Source of the DNA: Bacteroidales bacterium
GTDB lineage: Bacteria; Bacteroidota; Bacteroidia; Bacteroidales; WCHB1-69
Assembly (NCBI GenBank): GCA_017395245.1
Contig: JAFPVR010000107.1
Location: 9,575 to 73,574 of the forward strand
Reading direction: 5' to 3'
DNA length: 64,000 nucleotides
Shown here: positions 1-9,948 of the stretch, in pieces
How the letters are laid out: each line of letters starts with the position of its first letter
Numbering within the stretch: the first letter of the stretch is position 1
Program-made: the position numbers and the translations under genes
Notes under the pieces: generated by a model
The model's database searches: none
The model's input: the letters and a program-made list of their open reading frames with translations, nothing else
Told to the model about the DNA's origin: nothing

Positions 1-795
1 GAAGAAGCGTTTCTCGAATTTGTTGAACTCGTCCAGTGCGTCGGGGGCGATGTCCGTGCAGTATTTGAGGTCTTCGCGCTCGGTCATGAGGGCGATGAGC
101 TCTTCTTCGTTGATGACCTCCTTGCGGGCGGTGTTGATCACGCAGCCGCCTTTCGGCATGAGGCTGACCAGCGCCTTGTTGATGGATTTCTTGGTCTGGT
201 CGTTAGCGGGGATGTGCAGGGAAATGTAGTTACAGTTCTTGTACATATCCTCCAAAGTGGCGGGAACGACGACACCTTCGGCTTCCATTTTCTCTTTCGG
301 AACGAAGGGGTCGAATGCCCAGACTTCCATACCGAGGGCACGGGCCTTTTCGGCGACGAGGCGGCCGACATTACCGTAAGCCTGGATACCGACTTTCTTG
401 CCTTTGAGCTCGGCACCGGTGCCGGGTTTGAAGGTGTTGCGGGCCATGTAGATCATCATGCCGAGGGCCAGTTCGGCCACGGCGTTCGAGTTTTGGCCGG
501 GGGTGTTCATGGCCACGATGTTGTTGGCGGTGCAGGCGGCGAGGTCGAGGTTGTCGAAGCCGGCGCCGGCGCGAACGACGACCTTGAGGTTCTTGGCGGC
601 GTCAATCACCTGTGCGGTGACTTTGTCGGAGCGGACAATCATGGCGTCCACATCAGCGACTGCTGCGTAAAGTTCCTCAGGAGTTTCGTATTTCTCCAGC
701 AGGGCCAGTTCATAACCAGCTTTTTCCACAATAGCGCGAATGCCATCGACGGCAGCTTTCGCGAAAGGTTTTTGGGTTGCAACTAATACTTTCAT
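1..795 (-). CDS. serA: D-3-phosphoglycerate dehydrogenase / D-isomer 2-hydroxyacid dehydrogenase (3' end runs off the window)
   Basis: Manual reverse translation from the ATG at 795 gives MKVLVATQKPFAKAAVDGIRAIVEKAGYELALLEKYE...KVGIQAYGNVGRLVAEKARALGMEVWAFDP. It is missing from the ORF track because there is no stop in the window. It lies next to serC. Confidence 0.8.
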   Translation of the reverse strand, partial: MKVLVATQKPFAKAAVDGIRAIVEKAGYELALLEKYETPEELYAAVADVDAMIVRSDKVTAQVIDAAKNLKVVVRAGAGFDNLDLAACTANNIVAMNTPGQNSNAVAELALGMMIYMARNTFKPGTGAELKGKKVGIQAYGNVGRLVAEKARALGMEVWAFDPFVPKEKMEAEGVVVPATLEDMYKNCNYISLHIPANDQTKKSINKALVSLMPKGGCVINTARKEVINEEELIALMTEREDLKYCTDIAPDALDEFNKFEKRFF

Positions 796-862
796 TATTA
801 CTCTTGATTTTAATCGTTAACGGTGAAAGGTGAGCAGAGAGTTGTTAAGGTTAACTACTCAT

Positions 863-883
863 TGTTCACTGTTCACTGTTCAC
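863..883. repeat. Heptamer tandem array, TGTTCAC x3
   Basis: Three exact 7-nt units lie just 3' of the serC stop. They are imperfectly complementary (12/15) to 823-837, GTGAAAGGTGAGCAG. Confidence 0.8.
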
Positions 884-890
884 TTAAATA

Positions 891-2009
891 TTATTTGTTC
901 GCTTTTTCGAAATCCTGCATGCAGGCGACGAGGGCCTCAACGTCTTCGATGGTGCAGGCGTTGTAGAGGCTGGCGCGGAAGCCGCCGACGGAACGGTGGC
1001 CCTTGATGCCGATCATGCCGCGCTCCTTGGCGAAGGCCATGAAAGCATCCTGCTTGTCTTCGTAACCGGGGGCCATCACCCAGCAGTGGTTCATGATGGA
1101 ACGGTCAGCCTTGTCGGCGACGGTGCCCACGAACATGCTGTTGCGGTCGATTTCCTCGTACAGCAGGTTGGATTTCTTCATGTTGATCTTGTTCATCTCC
1201 TCGACGCCGCCGATGGTGTTCTTCAGCCAGGTGAGAGTTTCGTGCATCACGAAGATGGGGAGCACGGGCGGGGTGTTGAACATGGAGATGTTCTTGGCTT
1301 CCTCGGCCGCGTGGGTGCGGTAGTCAACCATGGTGGGCAGCGGGTTCATGTAGGCGCGGTCGCCAATCTGACCCAGGATGTCCTTGCGCACGATGACGAA
1401 GGTGACGCCGGCAGGGCCGACGTTCTTCTGGGCACCGCCGTAGATGAGGCCGTATTTGGTCACATCGACGGGACGGCTCATGATGTCGGAGCTCATGTCG
1501 GCGACGAGCATCACGTTGTTGCACTCCTCGGCGGTGAAGTCCTTGCGGATTTCGGTGCCGTAGATGGTGTTGTTGGTGGTGATGTGGAAGTAGTCGGCGT
1601 CAGCGGGGACGGTCCAGCCCTTCGGGATGTAGTTGTAGGTCTTGTCCTCGGAAGAAGCGACGATTTCGGTAGTACCGAAGTTCTTGGCTTCCTTGGCGGC
1701 CTTCTTGGCCCAGACGCCGGTCTGGAGGTAGGCGGCCTTGGTCTTCATCAGGTTGGCGGGCACCATGAAGAACTGGGTGCTGGCGCCGCCGCCGAGGAAG
1801 AGCACTTCGTAGGTGTCGGGGATGTTGAGGATGTCGCGCCAGAGTTGGCGGGTTTCGGCCATCACTCTCTCCCAACCCGGGGTGCGGTGTGAGATCTCCA
1901 TCAGGCCGATGCCGGTGTTGTCAAAGTTGCGGATGGCGTTGATTGTGGATTCAACAGCCTCTTTCGGGAGGACGCAAGGTCCTGCGTTAAAATTGTGTAC
2001 TTCTTTCAT
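891..2009 (-). CDS. serC: Phosphoserine aminotransferase
   Basis: [20 protein letters not shown]... is a full-length SerC-like sequence. The track start at 2015 is a TTG, and the ATG at 2009 is more likely. Confidence 0.9.
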   Translation of the reverse strand: MKEVHNFNAGPCVLPKEAVESTINAIRNFDNTGIGLMEISHRTPGWERVMAETRQLWRDILNIPDTYEVLFLGGGASTQFFMVPANLMKTKAAYLQTGVWAKKAAKEAKNFGTTEIVASSEDKTYNYIPKGWTVPADADYFHITTNNTIYGTEIRKDFTAEECNNVMLVADMSSDIMSRPVDVTKYGLIYGGAQKNVGPAGVTFVIVRKDILGQIGDRAYMNPLPTMVDYRTHAAEEAKNISMFNTPPVLPIFVMHETLTWLKNTIGGVEEMNKINMKKSNLLYEEIDRNSMFVGTVADKADRSIMNHCWVMAPGYEDKQDAFMAFAKERGMIGIKGHRSVGGFRASLYNACTIEDVEALVACMQDFEKANK

Positions 2010-2064
2010 AACCAATTATATACGTTATTTTTTTAAGGTGATAAAATGAAATTCAAATTTGCGG

Positions 2065-2072
2065 CAAAGGTA
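2065..2072 (-). promoter_or_regulatory. Bacteroidota -7 box TACCTTTG (TAnnTTTG)
   Basis: A consensus -7 motif lies about 55 nt upstream of the serC start. Confidence 0.5.
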
Positions 2073-2234
2073 CATAAATTACTAATACAAAACGGATAAA
2101 TATATACTTAAATAAAAATACAATGTATGCTTTTTTTTATGGATTCTGGAGTACGAAATCGATGGCCGTTTGGATAGTTTTTTTGGGGGTGAAATTTTTT
2201 TTTGAAAGGGTGGTGCGGCAATTGAAAAAAAGTG

Positions 2235-2242
2235 TATTTTTA
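2235..2242 (+). promoter_or_regulatory. Near-consensus -7 box TATTTTTA upstream of the tRNA
   Basis: It lies 16 nt upstream of the tRNA-Ser 5' end. The context AAAAAGTGTATTTTTACGGC closely resembles the promoter at 12781. Confidence 0.4.
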
Positions 2243-2257
2243 CGGCCTCAAATTCAA

Positions 2258-2345
2258 GGAGAGATGGCCGAGTGGTCGAAGGCGCGCGCCTGGAGAGCGC
2301 GTAAGCGCCAAAAGCGCTTCATGGGTTCGAATCCCATTCTCTCCG
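2258..2345 (+). tRNA. tRNA-Ser (anticodon GGA), class II with long variable arm
   Basis: Hand-folded cloverleaf: acceptor GGAGAGA/TCTCTCC, anticodon stem CGCGC/GCGCG with loop CTGGAGA, variable arm GCGCCAAAAGCGC, T-arm ATGGG-TTCGAAT-CCCAT, discriminator G. No CCA is encoded. Confidence 0.9.
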
Positions 2346-2413
2346 CTTGATGGTAAAAGCTTGAAAATCAATAAAGTAATAATAATTTAATTTCAACAAA
2401 TCAAAAATCAATT

Positions 2414-3241
2414 ATGAAAAAGCTTATCGCCTTACTTACCGTTTTCGGTTTCTTGACCTTCGGTATTGCAAACACTGCTTTTGCGCAGAAAGACCAAAAA
2501 TCTGCCGAACCTGCCGCTACTGAGCAGGCTACGGAGGAAGTGGCTGAGGCTCCCGCCGCCACCGCACAGGCTGAGCTGTCTGAAGATCCCGACGATTCCA
2601 TCAACCAAAGCTTGCACTACACGTTGAAAGACAAATTCATCCAGGGTGGCGCAGTCTGGATGACCCCCGTGTTGATCTGCTTGATCTTAGGTTTGGCTTT
2701 CGTCATCGAGCGTATATTCTACCTCAATCTTTCCCAAGTGAATTCCAAGAAACTGCTTGACAAGATTGAGAACACTCTCAACACCAAAGGCGTGGATGCT
2801 GCCAAGGAGCTCTGCCGCGACACCAAGGGCCCCCTCGCCGCTGTCTTCTATCAAGGTCTTGACCGTTATGACGAGGGTCTTGATTCCGTCGAGAAAGCCC
2901 TCACCTCCTACGGCGCCGTCCAAATGGCCAAACTGGAGAACAACATGACTTGGATCAGCCTGTTCATCGCTCTGGCCCCGTCCCTCGGATTCTTGGGCAC
3001 CGTTATCGGTATGGTGCAGGCCTTCGATGATATCGAGCGCGCAGGTGATATCTCCCCGACCATCGTCGCCGGCGGTATGAAAGTGGCTTTGTTGACCACC
3101 GTCTTCGGTTTGATCACCGCCATGATCCTCCAAGTGTTCTACAACTACCTCCTTACCCGTATCGACGCCATCGTCAACGATATGGAGGACGCCACCATCT
3201 CCTTCATGGATATTCTGGTGAAAAACAAAGCCAATAAATAA
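2414..3241 (+). CDS. exbB: MotA/TolQ/ExbB proton-channel family protein
   Basis: Signal peptide, acidic linker, then a typical ExbB core (...LAPSLGFLGTVIGMVQAF...GGMKVALLTTVFGL...). Confidence 0.85.
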   Translation: MKKLIALLTVFGFLTFGIANTAFAQKDQKSAEPAATEQATEEVAEAPAATAQAELSEDPDDSINQSLHYTLKDKFIQGGAVWMTPVLICLILGLAFVIERIFYLNLSQVNSKKLLDKIENTLNTKGVDAAKELCRDTKGPLAAVFYQGLDRYDEGLDSVEKALTSYGAVQMAKLENNMTWISLFIALAPSLGFLGTVIGMVQAFDDIERAGDISPTIVAGGMKVALLTTVFGLITAMILQVFYNYLLTRIDAIVNDMEDATISFMDILVKNKANK

Positions 3242-3299
3242 GGGTTAATCCTTACCCGTATTTCATATTATATATACAATAATTATAAATCGTTGTATA

Positions 3300-4253
3300 A
3301 TGAAGAATAAAGTCATTAGTATCGTCATATTCGCGGTCGCCATTCTGGCCTGCGTGCTGGCTCTCATCTTCTCTTTCGTCTCTTTTGACGCGGACAAGAA
3401 AGACAGCTACATCCAGGCTCAGGAAGTGAAAGCGCAGTCACCGCAAATGATTGCCGACTTCGAGACTGCTACGCTGGAGACGCTCCCCAGCGTGATTGAG
3501 AAATACCAGAAAGAGACCCAGGACCGTAAGGAGAACCTCAAAAGCGTTCAACTGGAAAAAGATATTCTCTATACCTACCTGCAAGATCTGAAGAACATCG
3601 ACAACGAGGAGAAATTCAATGCCTATAAGGCCAATTTCCCCGCCCGTTCCGAAGCCCTCTTCGTGAAATGCTCCCCCGACACCAAGAAAAAATGTGTGGA
3701 CGGATTCAACAACGTGAAGTCTTTCAAGGATCTGGAGAAGTATGTTGAGAAGGTGAACGAGGATTACACGGAAGTGAAACAAGCTTACCTGATCGAGAAC
3801 AACTACATCAAAGCAGCCAATGGCCTCATCGGCCGTGCCGATGCCATTAACAACACTGCCTCTTCCAGCAAGAAAGCTGCCGAATTCGAAACCTTCCAGA
3901 ACGACTTGAAGAGCTTCGACAAGAGCGCGTCCCTGCAGAACTTCTTTATTATGCTGGTCTATGTGCTCCTGATCGGTGCCTTTGCCTTGATGGTCTTCTT
4001 CTTGGTGGCCGGCATGATTTCCAACTCTTCCTACCAGATTCTTATCGGCCTCGTGCTGCTGGTGGTGATCTTCTTCATCGGTTACTTGGTGGGCTCTCCC
4101 ACCCTCAGCCCCTCGGCTATCAAGGCCGGTATGACCGGTTCAGGCTACAAGATGGTGAACGCTGCTGTGTTTACTGTTTACACTTGCCTGTTCGTCGCCA
4201 TCATGGCCATTGTCGTGTCATTGATTATGAACGCCGTCAAAAACAAGAACTAA
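3300..4253 (+). CDS. Hypothetical membrane protein (N-terminal TM, coiled/charged middle, C-terminal multi-TM)
   Basis: The ORF has hydrophobic ends and sits between exbB and exbD. Confidence 0.6.
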   Translation: MKNKVISIVIFAVAILACVLALIFSFVSFDADKKDSYIQAQEVKAQSPQMIADFETATLETLPSVIEKYQKETQDRKENLKSVQLEKDILYTYLQDLKNIDNEEKFNAYKANFPARSEALFVKCSPDTKKKCVDGFNNVKSFKDLEKYVEKVNEDYTEVKQAYLIENNYIKAANGLIGRADAINNTASSSKKAAEFETFQNDLKSFDKSASLQNFFIMLVYVLLIGAFALMVFFLVAGMISNSSYQILIGLVLLVVIFFIGYLVGSPTLSPSAIKAGMTGSGYKMVNAAVFTVYTCLFVAIMAIVVSLIMNAVKNKN

Positions 4254-4254
4254 C

Positions 4255-4839
4255 ATGAGTAAAAGAAAAACACCCGGCTTGAATACAGGTGCAATGTCAG
4301 ACATTTCGTTTCTGCTGTTGACCTTCTTCCTGCTGACCTCCTCCATCAACACGGAGCAGGGTATCCCGAGAAAGCTTCCGCCGCCAAAAACGGAGGACGC
4401 CGAGGATAAGAAGGTGGATATCAACAAGAGAAATGTGCTGAACGTTGTGGTGAACTTCCGCGACGAAATCCTGGTGAACGGAGATCAGATTTTGGTGAAC
4501 GAACTGAAGGCGAAAGCCAAGGAGTTCTTTGCCAATCCCAGCAACGACCCCTCCCTGCCTGAGAAGGTGAGCAAACCCATTGACGGCATCGGTGACTTCC
4601 CGGTTTCCAAGGGCGTTGTGTCCCTGACCAACGACCAGGGCACCAGTTACAACATGTACGTGCAGGTGCAGAACGAACTCCAGCGCGCTGTCAATGAGTT
4701 GCGCGATGAGACCGCCCTGCAGTACTTTGGCAAGAAGTATGACGGTCTGGATTCCGCCGCCCAACGCGCCGTCTCCCAGGCTATCCCCATGAGCATTTCC
4801 GAGGCTCCGCCTATGGACTACAGCAATACCGGCAAATAA
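4255..4839 (+). CDS. exbD: Biopolymer transporter ExbD/TolR
   Basis: The N-terminus ...LNTGAMSDISFLLLTFFLLTSS is a typical ExbD TM segment. Confidence 0.8.
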   Translation: MSKRKTPGLNTGAMSDISFLLLTFFLLTSSINTEQGIPRKLPPPKTEDAEDKKVDINKRNVLNVVVNFRDEILVNGDQILVNELKAKAKEFFANPSNDPSLPEKVSKPIDGIGDFPVSKGVVSLTNDQGTSYNMYVQVQNELQRAVNELRDETALQYFGKKYDGLDSAAQRAVSQAIPMSISEAPPMDYSNTGK

Positions 4840-4857
4840 CCTTTAAAACGCAAAGCT

Positions 4858-5346
4858 ATGTCAAGATTCAGAAAAGAAGGAAAAAAAGAGACTCCGGAAC
4901 TCAACATGGGTTCCATGTCCGACATTATCTTCATGTTCCTGTTCTTCTTTATGGTGATCACCACCATGCGTGAGGCTTCGTTGAAGGTGAAATTCCAACC
5001 GCCGCAAGCAACTGAGATTCAGAAGCTGGAGAAGAAATCTCTCGTGGCTAACATCTACATCGGTGCTCCTATCTCCAAGAACGAGAATACCCTGCCCCCC
5101 GGCGAGGTCTCCGTTCAGCTCAACGACCAGACCATCAAGGCCGAAGATCTGAAACGCGACGTGCGTGACTTCATCGGTACCGAGAAAGAGTCCCGCGACG
5201 CCCAAGACCGCGACCGCCTGACGTTCTCCCTGAAGGTTGACAAGGATGTGCAGATGCGCTATGTGAACACCATCAAGCAGGAACTGCGTGCCAACAATGC
5301 GTTGAAAATCAACTACGCAGCTGGCAAAAAGGTGGTTAACAACTAA
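4858..5346 (+). CDS. exbD: Biopolymer transporter ExbD/TolR (second copy)
   Basis: ...LNMGSMSDIIFMFLFFFMVITT is an ExbD-type TM segment. Confidence 0.8.
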   Translation: MSRFRKEGKKETPELNMGSMSDIIFMFLFFFMVITTMREASLKVKFQPPQATEIQKLEKKSLVANIYIGAPISKNENTLPPGEVSVQLNDQTIKAEDLKRDVRDFIGTEKESRDAQDRDRLTFSLKVDKDVQMRYVNTIKQELRANNALKINYAAGKKVVNN

Positions 5347-5360
5347 TTACAATCCGTATA

Positions 5361-5399
5361 TTCAGGGCGATGTTCTGTCATTGCCCTGAATTTGTATTT
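5361..5399 (+). terminator. Rho-independent terminator after the exbBD cluster
   Basis: Hairpin TTCAGGGCGATG-ttctgt-CATTGCCCTGAA followed by TTTGTATTT. Confidence 0.7.
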
Positions 5400-5430
5400 A
5401 AAATTCAATTTCTAATCAAAAATCAATAGT

Positions 5431-7419
5431 ATGAAAAAAATTTTACTTGCTGTTTGTGCGCTGTTTATTTGCAGCACAGTTTTCGCCCAATCTACGGTGA
5501 TAACGAACAATTTCAAGAATGTTGCCGTGAAAAAGACGACCGTTACGGGCCGTGAGGAAGCCGCTCCTCTGAACGTGAATCCTATTACTCGTGCCCATAA
5601 CAACAACTTCCTCGGAACGACGTTCTATGATCTTCAAACGAACGGAACTCAGGCACAGAAGATTGTCGCCCATTCTGATGGTACTGTTTCCGCAGTGTGG
5701 ACAACTGCCGGCGGCACGCTCCAATCCCGTGGTACTGGTTATAACTATTACAACGGTTCAAATTGGATTAACGACGGTTCCAGCACAAGCCGTATCGAGA
5801 ATACTCGTACGGGTTGGGGTACCATCACTTGTGTAGGCGATGCCGAGATCGTGGCTGCCCATAACGGTAGCAATGCTCTCGTTATCAACATTTGTCCTCA
5901 GAAAGGTACGGAGCAGTGGATTTCTTCCACGCTTCAAGGACCGGCTGTTTCCAACGGTACTTCCACCAGCACTTGCTTGCTGTGGCCCATGCTCGCCTCT
6001 TCTGGCAACACCGTTCACTTGATTGCCTGCACGGAGTCCGACGCTGGCTATCTCTATCAAGGTATCCAAACCTGCCTGCTTTATTATCGTGGAACGTTTG
6101 ATGCAAGCTCCAATACCATCAACTGGGAAAACCCTCGCATTGTGGGTAATGTTACCGCTTCTGAGGTTTCCTCTTTCAGTGGTGATGCTTACGCCATCAC
6201 GGCTAAGGACAACACGGTTGCCATTTTGGTTGCCTCTACTTTCTCCGAAGTCTTTATTTGGAAATCCACCGACAATGGTGTAAACTTCAACAAGATTACG
6301 GTTGCTGAGCATCCTTATCCCGGATTCGACGAGACAACAACGCTGGTTCTCGATACCCCCTATGTGGCTGATGGTTCCTGCGCTGTGGCAATTGATGCCG
6401 CTGGTAAAGTGCACACCGCTTTCGGTCTCACCCGTATGTTGAACGACGTTGTTAATGACGGTTCTACCAGCTATTTCCCTGGCGTTGAGGGTCTGCTCTA
6501 TTGGACTGAGGATGATCAACCCATTCTGAATCCCACGCGCAACACGATGGATCCCGATACCCTTGTTGCTGCCGGCTACAAAGTCTTCTTCCGTTCAGAT
6601 CTGAACAATGACGGCGGTGCCTACTATGCACCGTCGGGCTATTCCACCACTTCTTATGGTGTTTCTTCCATCTCCATGCCTCAGATTCTGATCAATGGCA
6701 GCAATGTTTACATGTTCTACTCTGCCTATCTTGATTGGCCTTTCCAGGATCATGCAAATAGCAGAATGTTCAGAGGCGTTTTCGGTACGAAATCTTCCGA
6801 TAACGGTGCCAACTGGGGCGGCGTGAGCTGGCTTTCCTACAATAAGGATTGCTATTATGTCGAAGATTGGACGTGGCTTGATGATACCACGTTCACCATT
6901 AACGATCTGTTGACGGTCATCTCTTCCGAGGGTGAAAGCGTGTTCCCCGCTGTGGCTCAGAAAGTCGTCAACGGCAAAATTAACATGTGGTGGCAACAGG
7001 ATTACACCTCTGGTTGTGAGGTCAAGGAGGACAATGTTGGCATTTGCCAGTCTGAGTCCAACATTTACGGTCTTTCCATTGATGCCAATGACATTGGTGT
7101 GTACAACAATACCGATGAAGTTTGGCAAGGTCTTTGGATCGATTCCACGGGTATCAGCAACCACAACATCTCCGGTATGAAGATGTACCCGAACCCGGCT
7201 ACCGAGACTGTGAATATCACTTTCGCAGCTGAGAATGCTGAAAATGGTGTCCTCTCTGTGCTGAACCTGATGGGCCAGACTGTTTACACGATGCGTGTGG
7301 ACGTGAACGAGGGTTACAATTTTGTGACCGTTCCCGTGAATCAACTCCCCGCTGGTATCTATATGGTGAACATCAGAACCAACAAGGGTATCTCCACGCA
7401 GAAACTTATTGTGAGATAA
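5431..7419 (+). CDS. T9SS type-A sorting-domain protein with Asp-box (BNR/sialidase-like) motifs
   Basis: Signal peptide MKKILLAVCALFICSTVFAQ; Asp-box-like STDNGVNF and SSDNGANW; C-terminal ~80 aa MYPNPATETVNITF...GIYMVNIRTNKGISTQKLIVR, which matches a Por secretion tail (about 7170-7416). Confidence 0.75.
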   Translation: MKKILLAVCALFICSTVFAQSTVITNNFKNVAVKKTTVTGREEAAPLNVNPITRAHNNNFLGTTFYDLQTNGTQAQKIVAHSDGTVSAVWTTAGGTLQSRGTGYNYYNGSNWINDGSSTSRIENTRTGWGTITCVGDAEIVAAHNGSNALVINICPQKGTEQWISSTLQGPAVSNGTSTSTCLLWPMLASSGNTVHLIACTESDAGYLYQGIQTCLLYYRGTFDASSNTINWENPRIVGNVTASEVSSFSGDAYAITAKDNTVAILVASTFSEVFIWKSTDNGVNFNKITVAEHPYPGFDETTTLVLDTPYVADGSCAVAIDAAGKVHTAFGLTRMLNDVVNDGSTSYFPGVEGLLYWTEDDQPILNPTRNTMDPDTLVAAGYKVFFRSDLNNDGGAYYAPSGYSTTSYGVSSISMPQILINGSNVYMFYSAYLDWPFQDHANSRMFRGVFGTKSSDNGANWGGVSWLSYNKDCYYVEDWTWLDDTTFTINDLLTVISSEGESVFPAVAQKVVNGKINMWWQQDYTSGCEVKEDNVGICQSESNIYGLSIDANDIGVYNNTDEVWQGLWIDSTGISNHNISGMKMYPNPATETVNITFAAENAENGVLSVLNLMGQTVYTMRVDVNEGYNFVTVPVNQLPAGIYMVNIRTNKGISTQKLIVR

Positions 7420-7440
7420 TAACACGTATGTTATATTCGG

Positions 7441-7474
7441 AAAGGCAGGCCTACTGTGACCTGCCTTTTTTTCT
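7441..7474 (+). terminator. Rho-independent terminator
   Basis: AAAGGCAGG-cctactgtga-CCTGCCTTT followed by TTTTTCTGTTTT. Confidence 0.75.
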
Positions 7475-7493
7475 GTTTTAATGCTTTTTTGTT

Positions 7494-8369
7494 ATGATTA
7501 AATCGATGACCGGTTTCGGCCGGACGGTTTTAGAGGCCGAAGGGAAATGCATTACGGTCGAAATCCGTACCTTGAACAGCAAACAGTTGGATCTCAACGC
7601 CCGCATTCCGCTGCTGTTCAAGAATTACGAGAACGAAATCCGTTCTATTCTCTCCAAAGAGTTGGAACGTGCCAAGGCCGACTTCACCATGACGGTGGAA
7701 AACCGCTCTGTCAGTAGCGCAGTGGCCATTAATAAAGAATTGGCAGCGTCTTATTATCAGACACTTACGGAGCTGTCGAAAAATCTTGGCAATCCCGTGG
7801 AGAGCGACATTTTCTTGCATGTGCTGCGGATGCCCGACGTGGTCTCCACCCCGCAGGAGGAGGTCAGCGACGAGTTGTGGGTAGCTGTCCGCAATGCCAT
7901 CCTCGATGCTTGCCGCCAACTCAACGAGTTCAGGATTTCCGAGGGCAAAGTACTGGAGGCCGACTTCGTGAAGCGCATCACCCTCATTCGCGACATGATT
8001 GACGAAGTGACCCCCTTTGAGGAGCAGCGCATTGTCAAGATTCGCGAAAAGTTCGAGACGTCGCTCAAGGAACTCGCCCCGAAGGTGCAGTATGACCCCA
8101 ACCGCCTCGAACAGGAGATGTTCTTCTATTTGGAAAAGTTGGATGTCACCGAGGAAAAAGTCCGTTTGCGCAAGCACTGTGACTATTTCATCGAGACCCT
8201 TAACGAAAGCCAGTCGAACGGCAAGAAACTCGGCTTCATCGTGCAGGAGTGCGGCCGCGAGATCAACACCCTCGGTTCCAAGAGCAACGACTTCGACATC
8301 CAGCAGATTGTGGTGCGGATGAAGGACGAGTTGGAGAAATTGAAGGAACAACTGGCGAATGTACTGTAA
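7494..8369 (+). CDS. yicC: YicC family stress-induced protein
   Basis: N-terminus MIKSMTGFGR, and the 291-aa length is typical of YicC. Confidence 0.85.
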   Translation: MIKSMTGFGRTVLEAEGKCITVEIRTLNSKQLDLNARIPLLFKNYENEIRSILSKELERAKADFTMTVENRSVSSAVAINKELAASYYQTLTELSKNLGNPVESDIFLHVLRMPDVVSTPQEEVSDELWVAVRNAILDACRQLNEFRISEGKVLEADFVKRITLIRDMIDEVTPFEEQRIVKIREKFETSLKELAPKVQYDPNRLEQEMFFYLEKLDVTEEKVRLRKHCDYFIETLNESQSNGKKLGFIVQECGREINTLGSKSNDFDIQQIVVRMKDELEKLKEQLANVL

Positions 8370-8390
8370 CAGATACGGTTACACGGTAAT

Positions 8391-8418
8391 GTAGAGACGC
8401 AAAATATTGCGTCTCTAC
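8391..8418. repeat. GTAGAGACGC palindrome family, copy 1
   Basis: GTAGAGACGCAAAATATTGCGTCTCTAC, 22 nt after the yicC stop. Confidence 0.85.
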
Positions 8419-8428
8419 GACCCCCGAT

Positions 8429-8638
8429 AACCAATCACAATTCACCAATCACCAATCACCAATCACAATTCACCAATCACCAATCACAATTCACCAATCA
8501 CCAATCACAATTCACCAATCACCAATCACAATTCACCAATCACAATTCACCAATCACAATTCACCAATCACAATTCACCAATCACCAATCACAATTCACC
8601 AATCACAATTCACCAATCACCAATCACAATTCACTATA
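8429..8638. repeat. Heptamer tandem array, 30 units of CACCAAT (A) / CACAATT (B)
   Basis: Unit order, parsed by hand: a'BAAABAABAABAABABABABAABABAABc'. It ends 2 nt before the der ATG. Confidence 0.95.
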
Positions 8639-8640
8639 AA

Positions 8641-9945
8641 ATGGGAAACATATTGTCATTAATAGGTCGGCCTAACGTGGGGAAGTCCACGTTTTTCAAC
8701 CGCCTCATACAGGCGCGGGAGGCCATTGTGGACGCCACCGCCGGCGTGACGCGAGACCGGCACTACGGCAAGTCCGACTGGAACGGTTACGATTTTTCGG
8801 TGATTGACACCGGCGGTTACGTGGTGGGCTCCGACGACATTTTCGAGTCGGAAATCCGCAAGCAGGCGGCGTTGGCCATTGAGGAGTCGGATGTCATCGT
8901 TTTTATGGTCGATGGCCGCGAGGGATTGACCCCGTTGGATGAGGAAATTGCCGACATTTTGCGCAAGAGCAAGAAGCCTTACTACCTGGCGGTGAACAAG
9001 ATTGACAGTCCGAGTAACTACTTCGATTACACGGAGTTCTATGCGTTAGGTATCGGGGAAATCTATCCCATTTCGGCGGTTTCAGGCAGCGGCACGGGCG
9101 AATTGTTGGACGAGGTGGTGAAGCACTTTTCCAAAGACAAGGACGACCTCCCCGACGATCTGCCGCGTATTGCCATCGTGGGCAAACCGAATGTGGGTAA
9201 GTCTTCGATTATCAATGCGTTCCTCGGAGAGGACAGGCATATTGTGACCCCGTTGGCCGGCACCACCCGCGACACCATTTTCACCCGCTACAAGAGCTTC
9301 GGTTTCGATTTCTACCTCATTGACACCGCCGGACTGCGCAAGAAGAGCAAGGTGGAGGAGAGTTTGGAGTTTTACTCCGTGATGCGGGCCGTACGCTCCA
9401 TCGAAAATTCCGATGTCTGCATTGTGATGGCGGATGCTTCGCAAGGTTTTGACTCCCAGGATCTTAATATCTTCGGATTGTGCGCCCGAAACCACAAGGG
9501 CATAGTGTTGGTGATGAACAAGTGGGATTTGGTGGAGAAAGACACGCACACGCACAAGAATTTCGAAGATGCGTTGAAGAAGCGGATTGCGCCGTTCACC
9601 GACGTGCCGATTATCTTTACGTCTGTAACCGAAAAACAGCGCATTTACAAGGTATTGGAGACGGCCATCCAGGTCTATCAGAACCGCCAGCGCCGGATTT
9701 CCACCTCGGAGCTGAACAATACGCTGCTGCCCATTATTGAGGAGACGCCACCGCCGATGAATAAAGACAAGGTGATCCGTATCAAATATGTTACACAATT
9801 GCCGATTGCTTACCCGACCTTCGCGTTCTTCTGCAACCTGCCGCAGTATGTCGTGGATTCGTACAAACGCTTCTTGGAGAACCAGATCCGCAAGAACTGG
9901 GATTTCTCCGGTGTGCCGATTGAAATTTACTTCCGAAAGAAATAG
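8641..9945 (+). CDS. der: Ribosome-associated GTPase Der/EngA
   Basis: Two G domains ([24 protein letters not shown]) plus a KH-like C-terminus. Confidence 0.9.
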   Translation: MGNILSLIGRPNVGKSTFFNRLIQAREAIVDATAGVTRDRHYGKSDWNGYDFSVIDTGGYVVGSDDIFESEIRKQAALAIEESDVIVFMVDGREGLTPLDEEIADILRKSKKPYYLAVNKIDSPSNYFDYTEFYALGIGEIYPISAVSGSGTGELLDEVVKHFSKDKDDLPDDLPRIAIVGKPNVGKSSIINAFLGEDRHIVTPLAGTTRDTIFTRYKSFGFDFYLIDTAGLRKKSKVEESLEFYSVMRAVRSIENSDVCIVMADASQGFDSQDLNIFGLCARNHKGIVLVMNKWDLVEKDTHTHKNFEDALKKRIAPFTDVPIIFTSVTEKQRIYKVLETAIQVYQNRQRRISTSELNNTLLPIIEETPPPMNKDKVIRIKYVTQLPIAYPTFAFFCNLPQYVVDSYKRFLENQIRKNWDFSGVPIEIYFRKK

Positions 9946-9948
9946 CGA

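Noticed and set aside
214-786. 190-aa + strand ORF (and 138-416, 458-670)
   Set aside because: It is antisense to a convincing serA-like gene (1-795, minus strand). Its composition is low-complexity and Gly/Val/His-rich, which is typical of shadow ORFs in GC3-rich coding DNA.
996-1892. 298-aa + strand ORF opposite serC
   Set aside because: It is an antisense shadow of serC with a biased composition (G/V/H/D). serC on the minus strand is unambiguous.
8391-8418. Paired inverted CGTCTC/GAGACG (BsmBI/Esp3I-type IIS recognition sequence) inside every GTAGAGACGC palindrome, as a restriction-related signal
   Set aside because: There is no R-M gene in the window and no way to test this here. A 6-bp match inside a 10-bp conserved arm is most simply coincidence. 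I mention it only as something to keep in mind.
8429-8638. Possible CRISPR array, or a coding low-complexity peptide (HQSPITI repeats) or read-through extension of yicC
   Set aside because: A 7-nt period without spacers rules out CRISPR. There is no start codon or promoter, and yicC ends with a clear TAA 60 nt upstream. The open frames are a by-product of the unit sequence.
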